From Xylographa opegraphella (taxonomy: Eukaryota), in contig JALDZX010000020.1 in the NCBI GenBank assembly GCA_022813865.1, forward strand, positions 186,001 through 250,000: 64,000 bases of DNA, read 5' to 3'. Both the position numbers and the translations under genes were made by a program. Positions 1 through 9,744 of the stretch are shown in pieces. How positions within the stretch are numbered: position 1 is the stretch's first letter; each line of letters opens with the position of its first letter. The notes under the pieces were generated by a model, which was given only the letters and a program-made list of their open reading frames with translations, did no database searches and was not told the DNA's origin.

Positions 1-522
1 AGGACAGAGAGCACAACTAAGAACGTCAGAGAACGTTAGTAGCTGATCTTACCACAGCACTGGCACTTTATTATCAGTACTTAAAGTGTCAGCCACAATC
101 ATGAGCTTTCAAGAATGGGAATGGAAGAGGGCAACAGCGTGTATGTGATGCTGGTACCTGGTGAAGGGGATTGAGCTAAGAAAAATTGAAGTTGTGGACA
201 CAGGGTTTTGGAGCACTAGAATGCCAGCGAGCATCTCTACCAGAAGGAAGAGCAGTAGTTCCGCGACGTTGTCCGGACAGCTCCAATAGTATATACTGAT
301 GGCGACCTCCTTACAGTAGAGAAAGTGTAGAATACCTACTCATACAATAACAGAGTGACTCGTACTTCGTCATCTGACACCAAACATTCTACTAGCAATT
401 CCCCGTGGGGAAGGAAGCACGCGATTGACTCGTGCCGATCGTCGCAAATAGCCGCCTCCATATAAATTTGACTAGCATGTCCTACATTCTCGGCTCAGCT
501 AACATGGAGTACAACGTACGCA

Positions 523-1423
523 ATGCAGGTCGTCGTACTCCTTCGATTCTTGCTGCTAGGCATAATCGTCAGCGCAAATGTAGAGAAAGTCATTTTTCTA
601 GGTCCCGAAACACCTTCACTTAAGCAGGTCTCCGCGCCTCCGCTTTTACACCTGGAAATATTGTCTCCATCTCGACTGTCACTTCGTCGACAATTGCTCG
701 CCAGATTCCCAGCGACACCAGCCTCATGGACATTGTCAGAATCCTGGATACTCGTTGATGGCCTGCAAGCTTCTCGCCGGTACGAAGTACGTGTTTGTTG
801 GAGTGCTACTGTATGTATGCGTCCGAAGTTTGCATGGATCAGATATGTGACCCTGTGACAGCAATATCCATGGTAGTATAATCAGACTTAAGTCGATGGC
901 TAACAATTCAAGTAGCAACCAACGTCGTTCGAGCTCTCTATCCATGATCCAGCAACGGTGTTTCAGAAGCCAATACTGAACCAATCCGTACACGAAATCT
1001 CTGAAGCCCAGCTCATTAGAACAAACAGTAGAGGAAACCACCAGAGTAGTTACAGCCTGGTCGACTACAGCACGAAAAACGCTGTCTCAAGCCTTTTGCT
1101 TCACATCTCCGCAGCCGCAGATTACTATTCACGAAACACTACATTGATGCGAGATGGCTTGTTAGTAGACTTGGATATCAGTGAGCTATAACTATTCTCG
1201 TCGGGAATGGTTCTAACGCGATTCTCCTAAAGTACTTGATCCATATTTACTCAATATCTTCCCGCAGTCCCTTGTTCCTACCGCTATCTATCTAGTCGTT
1301 CTGGCGGTTTTATCCTGGGTTCTCTCGAATTACGTATGGCAGTGGTTCAGATTGCTCACGCAATCTGACGGGCAAGACCCACAGCATCCGGGGGCAGAAA
1401 GCCTTCGAAAGAAACGGAGGTAG
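523..1423 (+). CDS. Pga1-like ER membrane protein (GPI mannosyltransferase II co-activator family), 3 exons (~523-810, 916-1180, 1233-1423)
   Basis: Signal peptide followed by ANVEKVIFLGP; RYEVRVCWSAT|QPTSF joined across a GTATGT..TAG intron; ILDPYLLNIFPQSL plus a TM helix; C-terminal dibasic KKRR* ER-retrieval-like end. The family call is from motif recognition. Confidence 0.7.
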
Positions 1424-1433
1424 GAGCATTAGG

Positions 1434-1808
1434 ATGAATGCAGCTACAGGTACTACCGCCTCAGACACAAGGCGAAGCTCCTTAGGTGGCTTACCAGCAG
1501 AGTTGCTGATGAATATTTTTGACCGTCTGAACATTCTCGATTTTCCCTCACTCATATGTGCCATTTTCCCACTTTTGAGGCAGCATGGGATCGTACCATT
1601 TACCTCAACGCGAGAGCTTTCGGCCATGATGAGAGCAGCAACACATGGTCGATTTCAGTTGCGGCCGACTGCCCAGGACTCTGCCGCTCCTCTAGGAATC
1701 GGTGGTCTGCCCCCAGAACTTCGTCTACACCTGAATCAATACTTGACCACTGCGGAGAAGATCAACTTCGCAATTGCGACGTGGCGCCTCTATACCATTA
1801 CGTCTTGA
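1434..1808 (+). CDS. Small protein (124 aa) with two F-box-like motifs
   Basis: Intronless ATG ORF containing LGGLPAELLMNIFDRL and IGGLPPELRLHLNQYL, both matching the F-box start pattern LxxLPxELxxxIxxxL. Confidence 0.6.
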   Translation: MNAATGTTASDTRRSSLGGLPAELLMNIFDRLNILDFPSLICAIFPLLRQHGIVPFTSTRELSAMMRAATHGRFQLRPTAQDSAAPLGIGGLPPELRLHLNQYLTTAEKINFAIATWRLYTITS

Positions 1809-2458
1809 ATGAACCCAAAGTCAGCGAAGGCTGAAGTGGATTTCCATGAACCATGAAGCATCTTTTTGATGGGGCTTCTCGCCTCATATTGGAATTGTTT
1901 CGACTGGGGTCGTGATGACCAGCCTTTCGTCGGCCGACAAGGCATTTGACATAATTAGGTGAAGAGACTTGACTCCTCTCGTTGGTGACTCTCTGTCCGC
2001 CTGAAACCTAGTCGAGTGTGCGCGCCCGCTTACAAATAGGTGGGAAAATGCTGAGATATACGAGTGGAGTGTCCTCGCAACATCCATATGCGTTCAGTAA
2101 AACCCCATTGGTTTCATATAGTTATCTTTAGCAAGTGATGAAATGTCCTGGTACTCCTGTTTTATTAGCAATCATTTTTCGCTTACCTGATCCGTATTAT
2201 CAAAGTCAATTGGACATTGCGTCATCGGGGAAAAGTTCTCATTAGCACTGCCGAAGCTCCGATGCTGGACCATCATTGAATGCGATATTATAATAAATAC
2301 TCTACATGCCCGATTTATTTACAATTGAGTACCATCCTGTCAGAAAGAGTGAGCATTTTTTCATCATCTACCCTTGAGCATACTACCTAACCATCCGGAA
2401 ACTACACCTCGACGTCGCTTGTACTTGATCCAGGTGTTTCCTCAATCTCGCAGCCGCA

Positions 2459-3565
2459 ATGCCGTCTCTCTCCGATCCCCTGCGCATAGGCAACTGCCAG
2501 CTCAAGCACCGCCTCGTGATGGCCCCTCTAACCCGCTATCGCGCCGATGATGCCCATGTCCCGCTCCCCATGGTCACCGAGTACTACGCGCAGCGGGCCT
2601 CCGTCCCCGGTACCCTTCTCATCACCGAAGCAACCTTCATTTCCCCCCGCGCCTCTGGCTACAACAACATCCCCGGCATCTACTCCACCGCTCAGATTGC
2701 GCAGTGGAAAGAAATCACCGACGCTGTGCACGCCAAGCACTCGTACATCTACCTGCAGCTCTGGGCCCTCGGCCGCGCCGCCAAGCCTGACCTCCTAGCC
2801 GCCGAAGGCCACGACTACGTCAGTAGCAGCGCGACGCCCGTGTCCGCCGGCGGGCCCACGCCGTGCGCGCTCTCCGAAGCCGAGATCCACGCCTTTATCG
2901 CCGACTACGCCTCCGCGGCGAAGAACGCCATCGCCGCCGGCTTCGACGGCGTCGAGATCCACGCTGCCAACGGCTACCTCATCGACCAGTTCACGCAAGA
3001 CACCTGCAACCAGCGCACCGACGCCTGGGGCGGCAGCGTGGAAAACCGAGCCCGCTTCGGCATCGAGGTCGCGCGCGCGGTCGTCGCCGCCGTGGGCGCC
3101 GAGCGCACGGGTATCCGCCTCTCGCCGTTCAGCACCTTCCAGGGCATGCGCATGGCGGACCCGGAGCCACAATTCGCCTTCCTGACGCGGGAGCTCCGAG
3201 CGCTACGGCTGAGCTACCTGCACGTGGTGGAGTCGCGCATCAGCGGCAACGCGGACGTCGAGACGACGGCGAAGATCGACTTCCTGGTCGAGGCGTGGGG
3301 CGGCCTGAGCCCCATACTGGTGGCCGGCGGCTTCACGCCTGAGAGCGCGCGCCGCGCCGTCGAGGTCGAGTACCCCGGCGACGTGGCCGTCGTGTTTGGT
3401 CGCTTCTTCATCAGCAATCCCGACTTGCCGTTTAGGGTCTTGAGGGGCTTGCCCTTGGCGCCGTATGATCGGGACACGTTCTATAAGGCTGGGAGTCCGC
3501 AGGGGTATGTCGATTATCCGTTCAGTGGGGAGTGGGAGACGGAGAGGGAGAAGGAGAAGTTTTAA
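2459..3565 (+). CDS. Old Yellow Enzyme family NADH:flavin oxidoreductase (ene-reductase)
   Basis: Intronless 368-aa ORF with MAPLTRYRA, LQLWALGR, GFDGVEIHAANGYLIDQF (catalytic H-x-x-N-x-Y), NQRTDAWGGSVENRARF and FGRFFISNPDLP. Confidence 0.95.
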   Translation: MPSLSDPLRIGNCQLKHRLVMAPLTRYRADDAHVPLPMVTEYYAQRASVPGTLLITEATFISPRASGYNNIPGIYSTAQIAQWKEITDAVHAKHSYIYLQLWALGRAAKPDLLAAEGHDYVSSSATPVSAGGPTPCALSEAEIHAFIADYASAAKNAIAAGFDGVEIHAANGYLIDQFTQDTCNQRTDAWGGSVENRARFGIEVARAVVAAVGAERTGIRLSPFSTFQGMRMADPEPQFAFLTRELRALRLSYLHVVESRISGNADVETTAKIDFLVEAWGGLSPILVAGGFTPESARRAVEVEYPGDVAVVFGRFFISNPDLPFRVLRGLPLAPYDRDTFYKAGSPQGYVDYPFSGEWETEREKEKF

Positions 3566-3589
3566 GTGGGTGAGTGGGGAGAGGTGAGG

Positions 3590-3708
3590 GGATAGGGGAT
3601 AGAGGATAGAGGGTGGGGGATAGAGGCTAGAGGCTAGAGGCTAGAGGCTAGAGGCTAGAGGATAGAGGATAGAGGTCGGAGAATAGAGGTCGGAGAATGG
3701 AGGATAGA
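3590..3708 (+). repeat. Purine-rich heptamer tandem repeat (GATAGAG/GCTAGAG)n
   Basis: Directly visible array gatagag-gctagag x5-gatagag with degenerate flanks, just 3' of the OYE stop. Confidence 0.85.
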
Positions 3709-4037
3709 CGCTTGGTTATAGATCAGCGTTAATTAGATTTATGCGTTATGTTACGAGCATGTTCTCAATTTGTATTACTTGGACGCAGCAATGAGCCTGT
3801 GATTAAGATTTACTGCTTCCTTCTGCGGAAGCCCTCTCCAATAGTAGCTCGTCTTTGCCCATTATCAGATCTATACTTGGATTGTTTTTCAACAATGCCT
3901 CCATTAATCAGCCCTCGCTGTTGTGCTTTTCGACCTTCTAGCGACTCAAGCCAGTTCCAATTACCATAAAAACTGCTCTTGCAATGCAGTCAATCAATTT
4001 CGCGGGCACACCCGTGCAATCTCTCCGTATGCACCAA

Positions 4038-4805
4038 TCATAAGAACTGTCTTATCAGCTCCACCATCGCGCAGTTGCAAGGTAGCTTGACCGCGGACGA
4101 CGGCTCCTCGGCCGCAAGCCAGAAGAGCTGCGGAAGACCATGAGCCCAGTTGCATGCTGTCAATGTGTCAGCCTCCACCTTCAGATTTCCCTGTCTGCTT
4201 TGCAAGTCATGGGAATTTCCGTCCTTGTGTTTGCTACTGTAGCAAGCACTTGTGTCCAAGCCACCATTCACGCAAACACATGCAAAGACAACGAAGAGAA
4301 AGGTAAACTTACCCAGCCACCCTGCAAAATCATTGTACTTGTTGCCCGCCAGCTCGTACGGCCAGCCATCCACCCATTTCAGGCCGTTCACGCCCGTCCC
4401 ATCTGTATTGTTGAAGTAGAAGCCTTGGCTACCCGTCCCTGCATTGATTTGCACTGGCAGCCAGGCATCGTAGGTGATGCTGGGGTTCATCACCATACCC
4501 CAGGGAAAATCGTTTCCAAGGGCAAACTCTTGCGAAGTACCATTGAGAAACCCGACGATACCGGGGAAGGTGCTGGTATTGTACCCGGTGGTGGAAGTGG
4601 TGGGGATGAGGACGGCATCGTTGAAGCCGGCACCGGTGTGGTAGGCAGAGAGATAGAGGTTTGAAAATGCAGGTGTTTTTGAAGTTGTTTTTAAGTAGTA
4701 TTCTCGACCAGTGGGTACAAAAGAAGATTGAGGAGCAGGAAGGGCGACAGGGGAAGGAAGGGCGGCGGCAAGAGTCAGAAAGGTCAGGAAAGTTGCGAGA
4801 GACAT
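4038..4805 (-). CDS. Secreted fungal protein of unknown function (YHTGAG-NDA motif family), 2 exons
   Basis: MSLATFLTFLTLAAALP signal peptide at 4805; LSAYHTGAGFNDAVL; FAGWL|ACNWAHGLPQLFW joined across a GTAAGT..ACAG intron (4312-4157); C-terminal Cys pair. Confidence 0.8.
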   Translation of the reverse strand: MSLATFLTFLTLAAALPSPVALPAPQSSFVPTGREYYLKTTSKTPAFSNLYLSAYHTGAGFNDAVLIPTTSTTGYNTSTFPGIVGFLNGTSQEFALGNDFPWGMVMNPSITYDAWLPVQINAGTGSQGFYFNNTDGTGVNGLKWVDGWPYELAGNKYNDFAGWLGKFTFLFVVFACVCVNGGLDTSACYSSKHKDGNSHDLQSRQGNLKVEADTLTACNWAHGLPQLFWLAAEEPSSAVKLPCNCAMVELIRQFL

Positions 4806-6147
4806 GGTCAGAGGGTTGGATGTGGATGTAAGAAGTAGGATTGAGCAATTGAAGGAGTGAAAATACAGCTTCGATATCCGCGCAAGGTAAGGAAACGAGC
4901 GTGTCCAGGAATGAAGATTGCTAGGGAGAATATTCACCTCAAAATAACACGAGCAAATTTTATTTGGATGTTGTGTGAAGTTACTGTAAGACATTGCCCA
5001 GCCCGGCTCGCAGCGTCTTATACACAAGCTTCACGCACAAGGGTTCCCTTCCGTCTTGCGCATCTCATCCATTCCAGGCGAGAGCCGTCCATCCGCGTTG
5101 TCCTCATGACTGCGTAAGCTCGGCAACAAAAGCTCGTATCCCTCGCGAGTGATGATCTGACAACCTGCAGCCGGGGTTCGTACGAGCGTGTTTATGGTGT
5201 TTCACTGCGAGCTCGTATTACAGCGGTGCAGACCGCAGAACCAAGACAGGGTTCCCCACACTGCTTGGCGAGGTATGACGTGATCAGTTTTAACAGCGTG
5301 AGATATCGACAGGATGGAAGATTGTTTGTGCGACATCACACGGTGAGTTTCTTTGTCTCAGCTTCGTATGGCTTGCCGGCTTCATAGAAGTGCATCCAAT
5401 TATCATCGTACTGGCGGATGTTCGGCAGTAATCGCTCTCGGCGGTGAAGGGATACGTACTGCCATACTGCATGATGCCTACCGTCTGCGTCCGCATGTGC
5501 AGGAAGTACCTACATCGAGTCCTGGAGGAAAATCAGAGAAATCAAGGTTTCGTTTAAGGGTGTTACGAGTGCTATCTGGATGTATCCGTGTCTTGCAATC
5601 CAAGCTTGAGAACCAAAATCGGATGGTTTACTTACGCTACCTTTCCCACTCTAGTCTCTATGAGGACTACTATCTCTGGCTGTTTATACTAGTTTAATGT
5701 TTCTTCTCATACGTGTTACGATGGTCTTGAGTGTTAGCATCTGGTAGTAAGTTCCGTGATCAGGGCCGATCTACAAGGGTGGACAGCGGTGCGGTACGAA
5801 TCGGAGTAAATGTTACAGTGATGGGATATATAGAGAGGTTACTGGTGAAGACTGTATCTAGGATAGTTGTATGGTAAAGGCGACAAAGGACGCCCTGCTA
5901 GCTCGAGTCTTGAGAGGATAAGGACATCTTGAGAAGGACCCGCCTCGCCTACGCTCAGTATTTGAAGACATAATCCACGTCAACGCGATGTTGATGGTGG
6001 TAACACGTAATTGAAGTCGTTAGTTACATGAAGAGCAGGTTAGAATGCTGAAAAGCAAGAAAGTAACTTCCTCAAATTGTTTTTCCAGTGCTCTGATGAC
6101 TAAGTACTATTATCACGCCTTTCACCACCAAACTAACTGTAACGACC

Positions 6148-6498
6148 TTATAAGAGAAACCCGGAACCCTCTATGGGCGAAAAGGCCTCGGCCTGACTAC
6201 CACCCTCAAGCGATTGGTCTTCATGCTGTTCATCCCTAGGAGCCAGGCTTCCAGGCGGCAACAGCGCCGGAGAATTGGCTGGAAGTACGCAGAAGAGGGA
6301 AAGACGTGGTCGGGTAGGACGAAGGGGACGATTTTCTTTCTTAACCCTAGCACTCCAGCACGTGGAGCATTCGTAAGCCACATCGCATTCCCGAACAATC
6401 AGACGACAGCAGCGGTCAGGGGTATGCAATTCACAACGGGTATAGCACTTCAGACGCTTATGATTGCACAAGTAGCTGTAGCTCTCGTATATACACAT
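6148..6498 (-). CDS. Small Cys/His-rich protein (~116 aa), possible metal-binding
   Basis: MCIYESYSYLCNHKRLKCYTRC...RCCR...ECSTC: the M-C-x8-C-x-H start and CxxC motif resemble small fungal Cys-rich proteins; followed by a low-complexity tail. Confidence 0.5.
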   Translation of the reverse strand: MCIYESYSYLCNHKRLKCYTRCELHTPDRCCRLIVRECDVAYECSTCWSARVKKENRPLRPTRPRLSLFCVLPANSPALLPPGSLAPRDEQHEDQSLEGGSQAEAFSPIEGSGFLL

Positions 6499-7346
6499 CG
6501 TGGCGTATATTGTGATCGCGAGGCTATGCGTGTCGGCAGAAAGTTTGTATTCGCAATCGTCGAAGTTGTTGCGTAATCGGATGATGTCGGCAGGAGAACA
6601 GAATTGAAGAGTGTAGCTTATAGTTATAGAAATCAAGAACATATAGAGAGAACGGAAGATAAGGCTATTGTTGTCAAAGAAAGGCCATTGTTATTTGTAA
6701 CAAAATGAGAGTTATTGAAGAAAGCCAGACAAACCATGAAAGACAGGGAATCAAAGCACAAAGCTCTCTCACATGATACAATAAACCAAAAACAAAAGAC
6801 GATGACAGTTGTTTCCCATCGACCGTTCAATGTCTCGATGCCCAAAATTACCAAGAAAAGGTTGTGAATGGTGACATCGCTCAACCAAGTATCGAATCTA
6901 GCGGTGAATAGGAGGTGTAGCATTACGAGTTTCTCTAGTAGAAAATGCTACGAGTCGTAAATAGGCGAAATGAGACGGTCACGATCATGATATGACATAC
7001 AAAACAAGAGTAAAAATGGTATGAAGCATCGGCGACTATACGCACGAGATGCACAGGTTGGTCCAGGACACTTCGAAGTACTTTGCTCGAGCTGAACTTT
7101 GTTGATGCTGATTCGCAGACACGAAGGAGCTAACCACGAGCGTACGCGGGGTGGTGGTCCAAGCGCCGTCCTAGCGTGAACAGACCGATCAACAAAACAC
7201 ACACAACAATTCTTCCTGAACGTCCAAAGTTACCCCTTGCTATTCCTAGGTACGATAACTGCCTCTGCTGTCTCCGAGGTCTGGGATAATCGCATTCATT
7301 GGCATACATCATCTTCAGGTCTTTAGAACACCCGTTTCTCGTGACC

Positions 7347-9070
7347 ATGAGGGAAGTCATCAGCTTGAACGGTGCGCATATCTACGCGCGTGGAAATTCC
7401 CGGTCAAGGTCATGCTGACGATGCTACGCGTATAGTTGGTCAAGCGGGTTGCCAGATTGCAAACTCTTGCTGGGAGGTAAGACTGCGAGGCTCTATACTC
7501 TTCGTCTTCTTGCAGATATTACGAAGAGCAGTAAAAGCTAACGCTCCCGGTTTTACAGCTATACTGCTTGGAGCATGGCATTCAGGTATGCACTTGCCCC
7601 GACATCCCTATGATCTTGATTTTTGTCCTTTAATCTTACTTCTGGATGGTAGCCCGATGGTTATTTGACCGAAGAGCGTAAGGCTGCCGACCCAGATCAA
7701 GGGTTCAGCACCTTTTTTTCCGAGACCGGTAAACAGTTTTTTAATTCTTCTCAAGTCTCTTTACTAAGTAAGATCGATGCAGGCCAAGGCAAATACGTTC
7801 CTCGCACTATCTACTGCGACTTGGAACCAAATGTCATTGATGAAGTGCGGACCGGGACTTACCGTAACCTCTTTCACCCCGAACAGATGATCTCGGGAAA
7901 AGAGGATGCTTCGAACAACTATGCTCGCGGACATTATACCGTCGGCAAGGAATTGATTGATCAGGTATTGGACAAGATTCGGCAGGTAGCCGACAACTGC
8001 TCTGGCCTACAAGGCTTTTTAGTCTTCCATTCGTTCGGAGGAGGAACTGGCTCTGGGTTTGGTGCTCTCTTAATGGAGCGTCTATCAGTCGACTATGGCA
8101 AGAAATGCAAGCTAGAATTCTGTGTATACCCAGCTCCTCAGGTTGCAACATCGGTTGTGGAGCCTTACAATTCGATCCTCACAACTCATACCACTCTTGA
8201 GCATTCAGACTGTAGCTTCATGGTGGACAATGAAGCCATTTACGATATTTGCCGGAGGAGTCTTGGGATCGAGCGACCTGATTACATAAACTTGAATCGC
8301 CTGATCGCTCAAGGTCGGTCATGAAAGAGTTGTGGCAGCACTCAACATACTGACATCTATCTTCCAGTTGTATCATCAATTACCGCCTCACTTCGATTCG
8401 ATGGCTCGCTTAACGTTGATCTCAATGAGTTCCAAACGAACCTTGTGCCTTATCCTCGAATACATTTCCCGCTTGTTGCTTACTCTCCTGTCGTTGCGGC
8501 CACCAAGTCCAGCTACGAGTCCAACTCGGTGCAAGAGATTACATCGTCCTGCTTCGAGCCGTCTAACCAGATGGTCAAATGTGATCCTCGCAACGGAAAG
8601 TACATGGCCACTTGCTTGCTCTATCGTGGCGATGTTGTGCCGAAGGAAGTGCACGCTGCTGTAGCGACCGTCAAAGCCAAGCGAACCATTCAGTTTGTGG
8701 ACTGGTGCCCAACCGGTTTCAAGATTGGTATTTGTTATCAACCACCGCAAATGGTACCGAACGGAGACCTGGCCAAGGTCAACCGCGCAGTGTAAGTTGT
8801 GCGCCGCAGTAAGCATGAGATATCATCACTAATTGGAGCAGTTGTGTTCTTTCTAACACCACCGCCATCGCCGAAGCATGGTCAGCTCTTTCTCACAAGT
8901 TCGATCTCATGTACTCCAAGCGTGCGTTTGTTCATTGGTATGTGGGTGAGGGTATGGAGGAGGGAGAATTCTCTGAAGCACGGGAAGATTTAGCAGCACT
9001 CGAGAGAGACTACGAGGAGGTTGCCACTGATTCCGCAGAAGGCGAAGAGGGCGCTGAAGCAGAATATTGA
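7347..9070 (+). CDS. tubA: Tubulin alpha chain (multi-exon)
   Basis: [34 protein letters not shown] reconstructed from short exons; GGGTGSG signature; ends [10 protein letters not shown] at 9068-9070. Confidence 0.97.
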
Positions 9071-9744
9071 GTATCCTCCTGAGGCCAAGGCAGGAGTTCA
9101 AAGAGCTCGTATGGATGAGCGCAAGAAGGGGTTCAAATTGCTAGTTCTGATTGTGATTGGTTGAGCGGTGATTTCCTTTGTACAGCTTTGCTTCAGCGAG
9201 ACTAGACTTTCTTCGACATGGAAATGCCCGAGGGAGTGTGGCCACGAATGGACGAAGCGATGCGGTGTCAAGGCAAATTGAACTAGAAGGGGTTTTCACA
9301 GCTTCAATTCAAATCAACCTCCCTTACCTACCTTACTGTAGGTAACGTAGTGCGACATGCAATAATAACGTGAGCGGAAGCCGCCCGTTTCGATCAGGCC
9401 TCTTTGGTCCCAGAAGGCCGAATCGAGTGAGTGCAGGAACGCCTTTCCCCATTAAGCACCTCTCATGCGGCCCGACTTGGTCGCGGTTGCGCTAGGGATG
9501 CTAGCAGCAACTGCAGTACAGTAGCTCCATTACGCTGCTTGCTTCAAGCTGGGAGTTGTATGATAGATTACTTTTTGACAACCCGACGTGCCTCATCTCG
9601 GTAGCACGTATTGGGACGACGGTGTATGCACCTATTCATCAGTCTTTAAATCTCCAGACCGCATCAATGGAGGCTTCGTCCATCTGATGCGCCTACCGTA
9701 AACACTGAATCGGAAGGATCGACTGATTGTCAAGGCTGAGCAAG

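Noticed and set aside
1..250. Minus-strand splice-like signals (GTACCA, GTAAGA donors; GCTGAC, CTAAC branch sites) suggesting the 5' end of a gene leaving the window
   Set aside because: No assignable coding sequence inside the window, and one implied intron would be only 36 nt.
2528..3477. Several long overlapping or antisense ORFs over the OYE gene
   Set aside because: These are shadow ORFs caused by high GC and strong codon bias, with no protein-like motifs.
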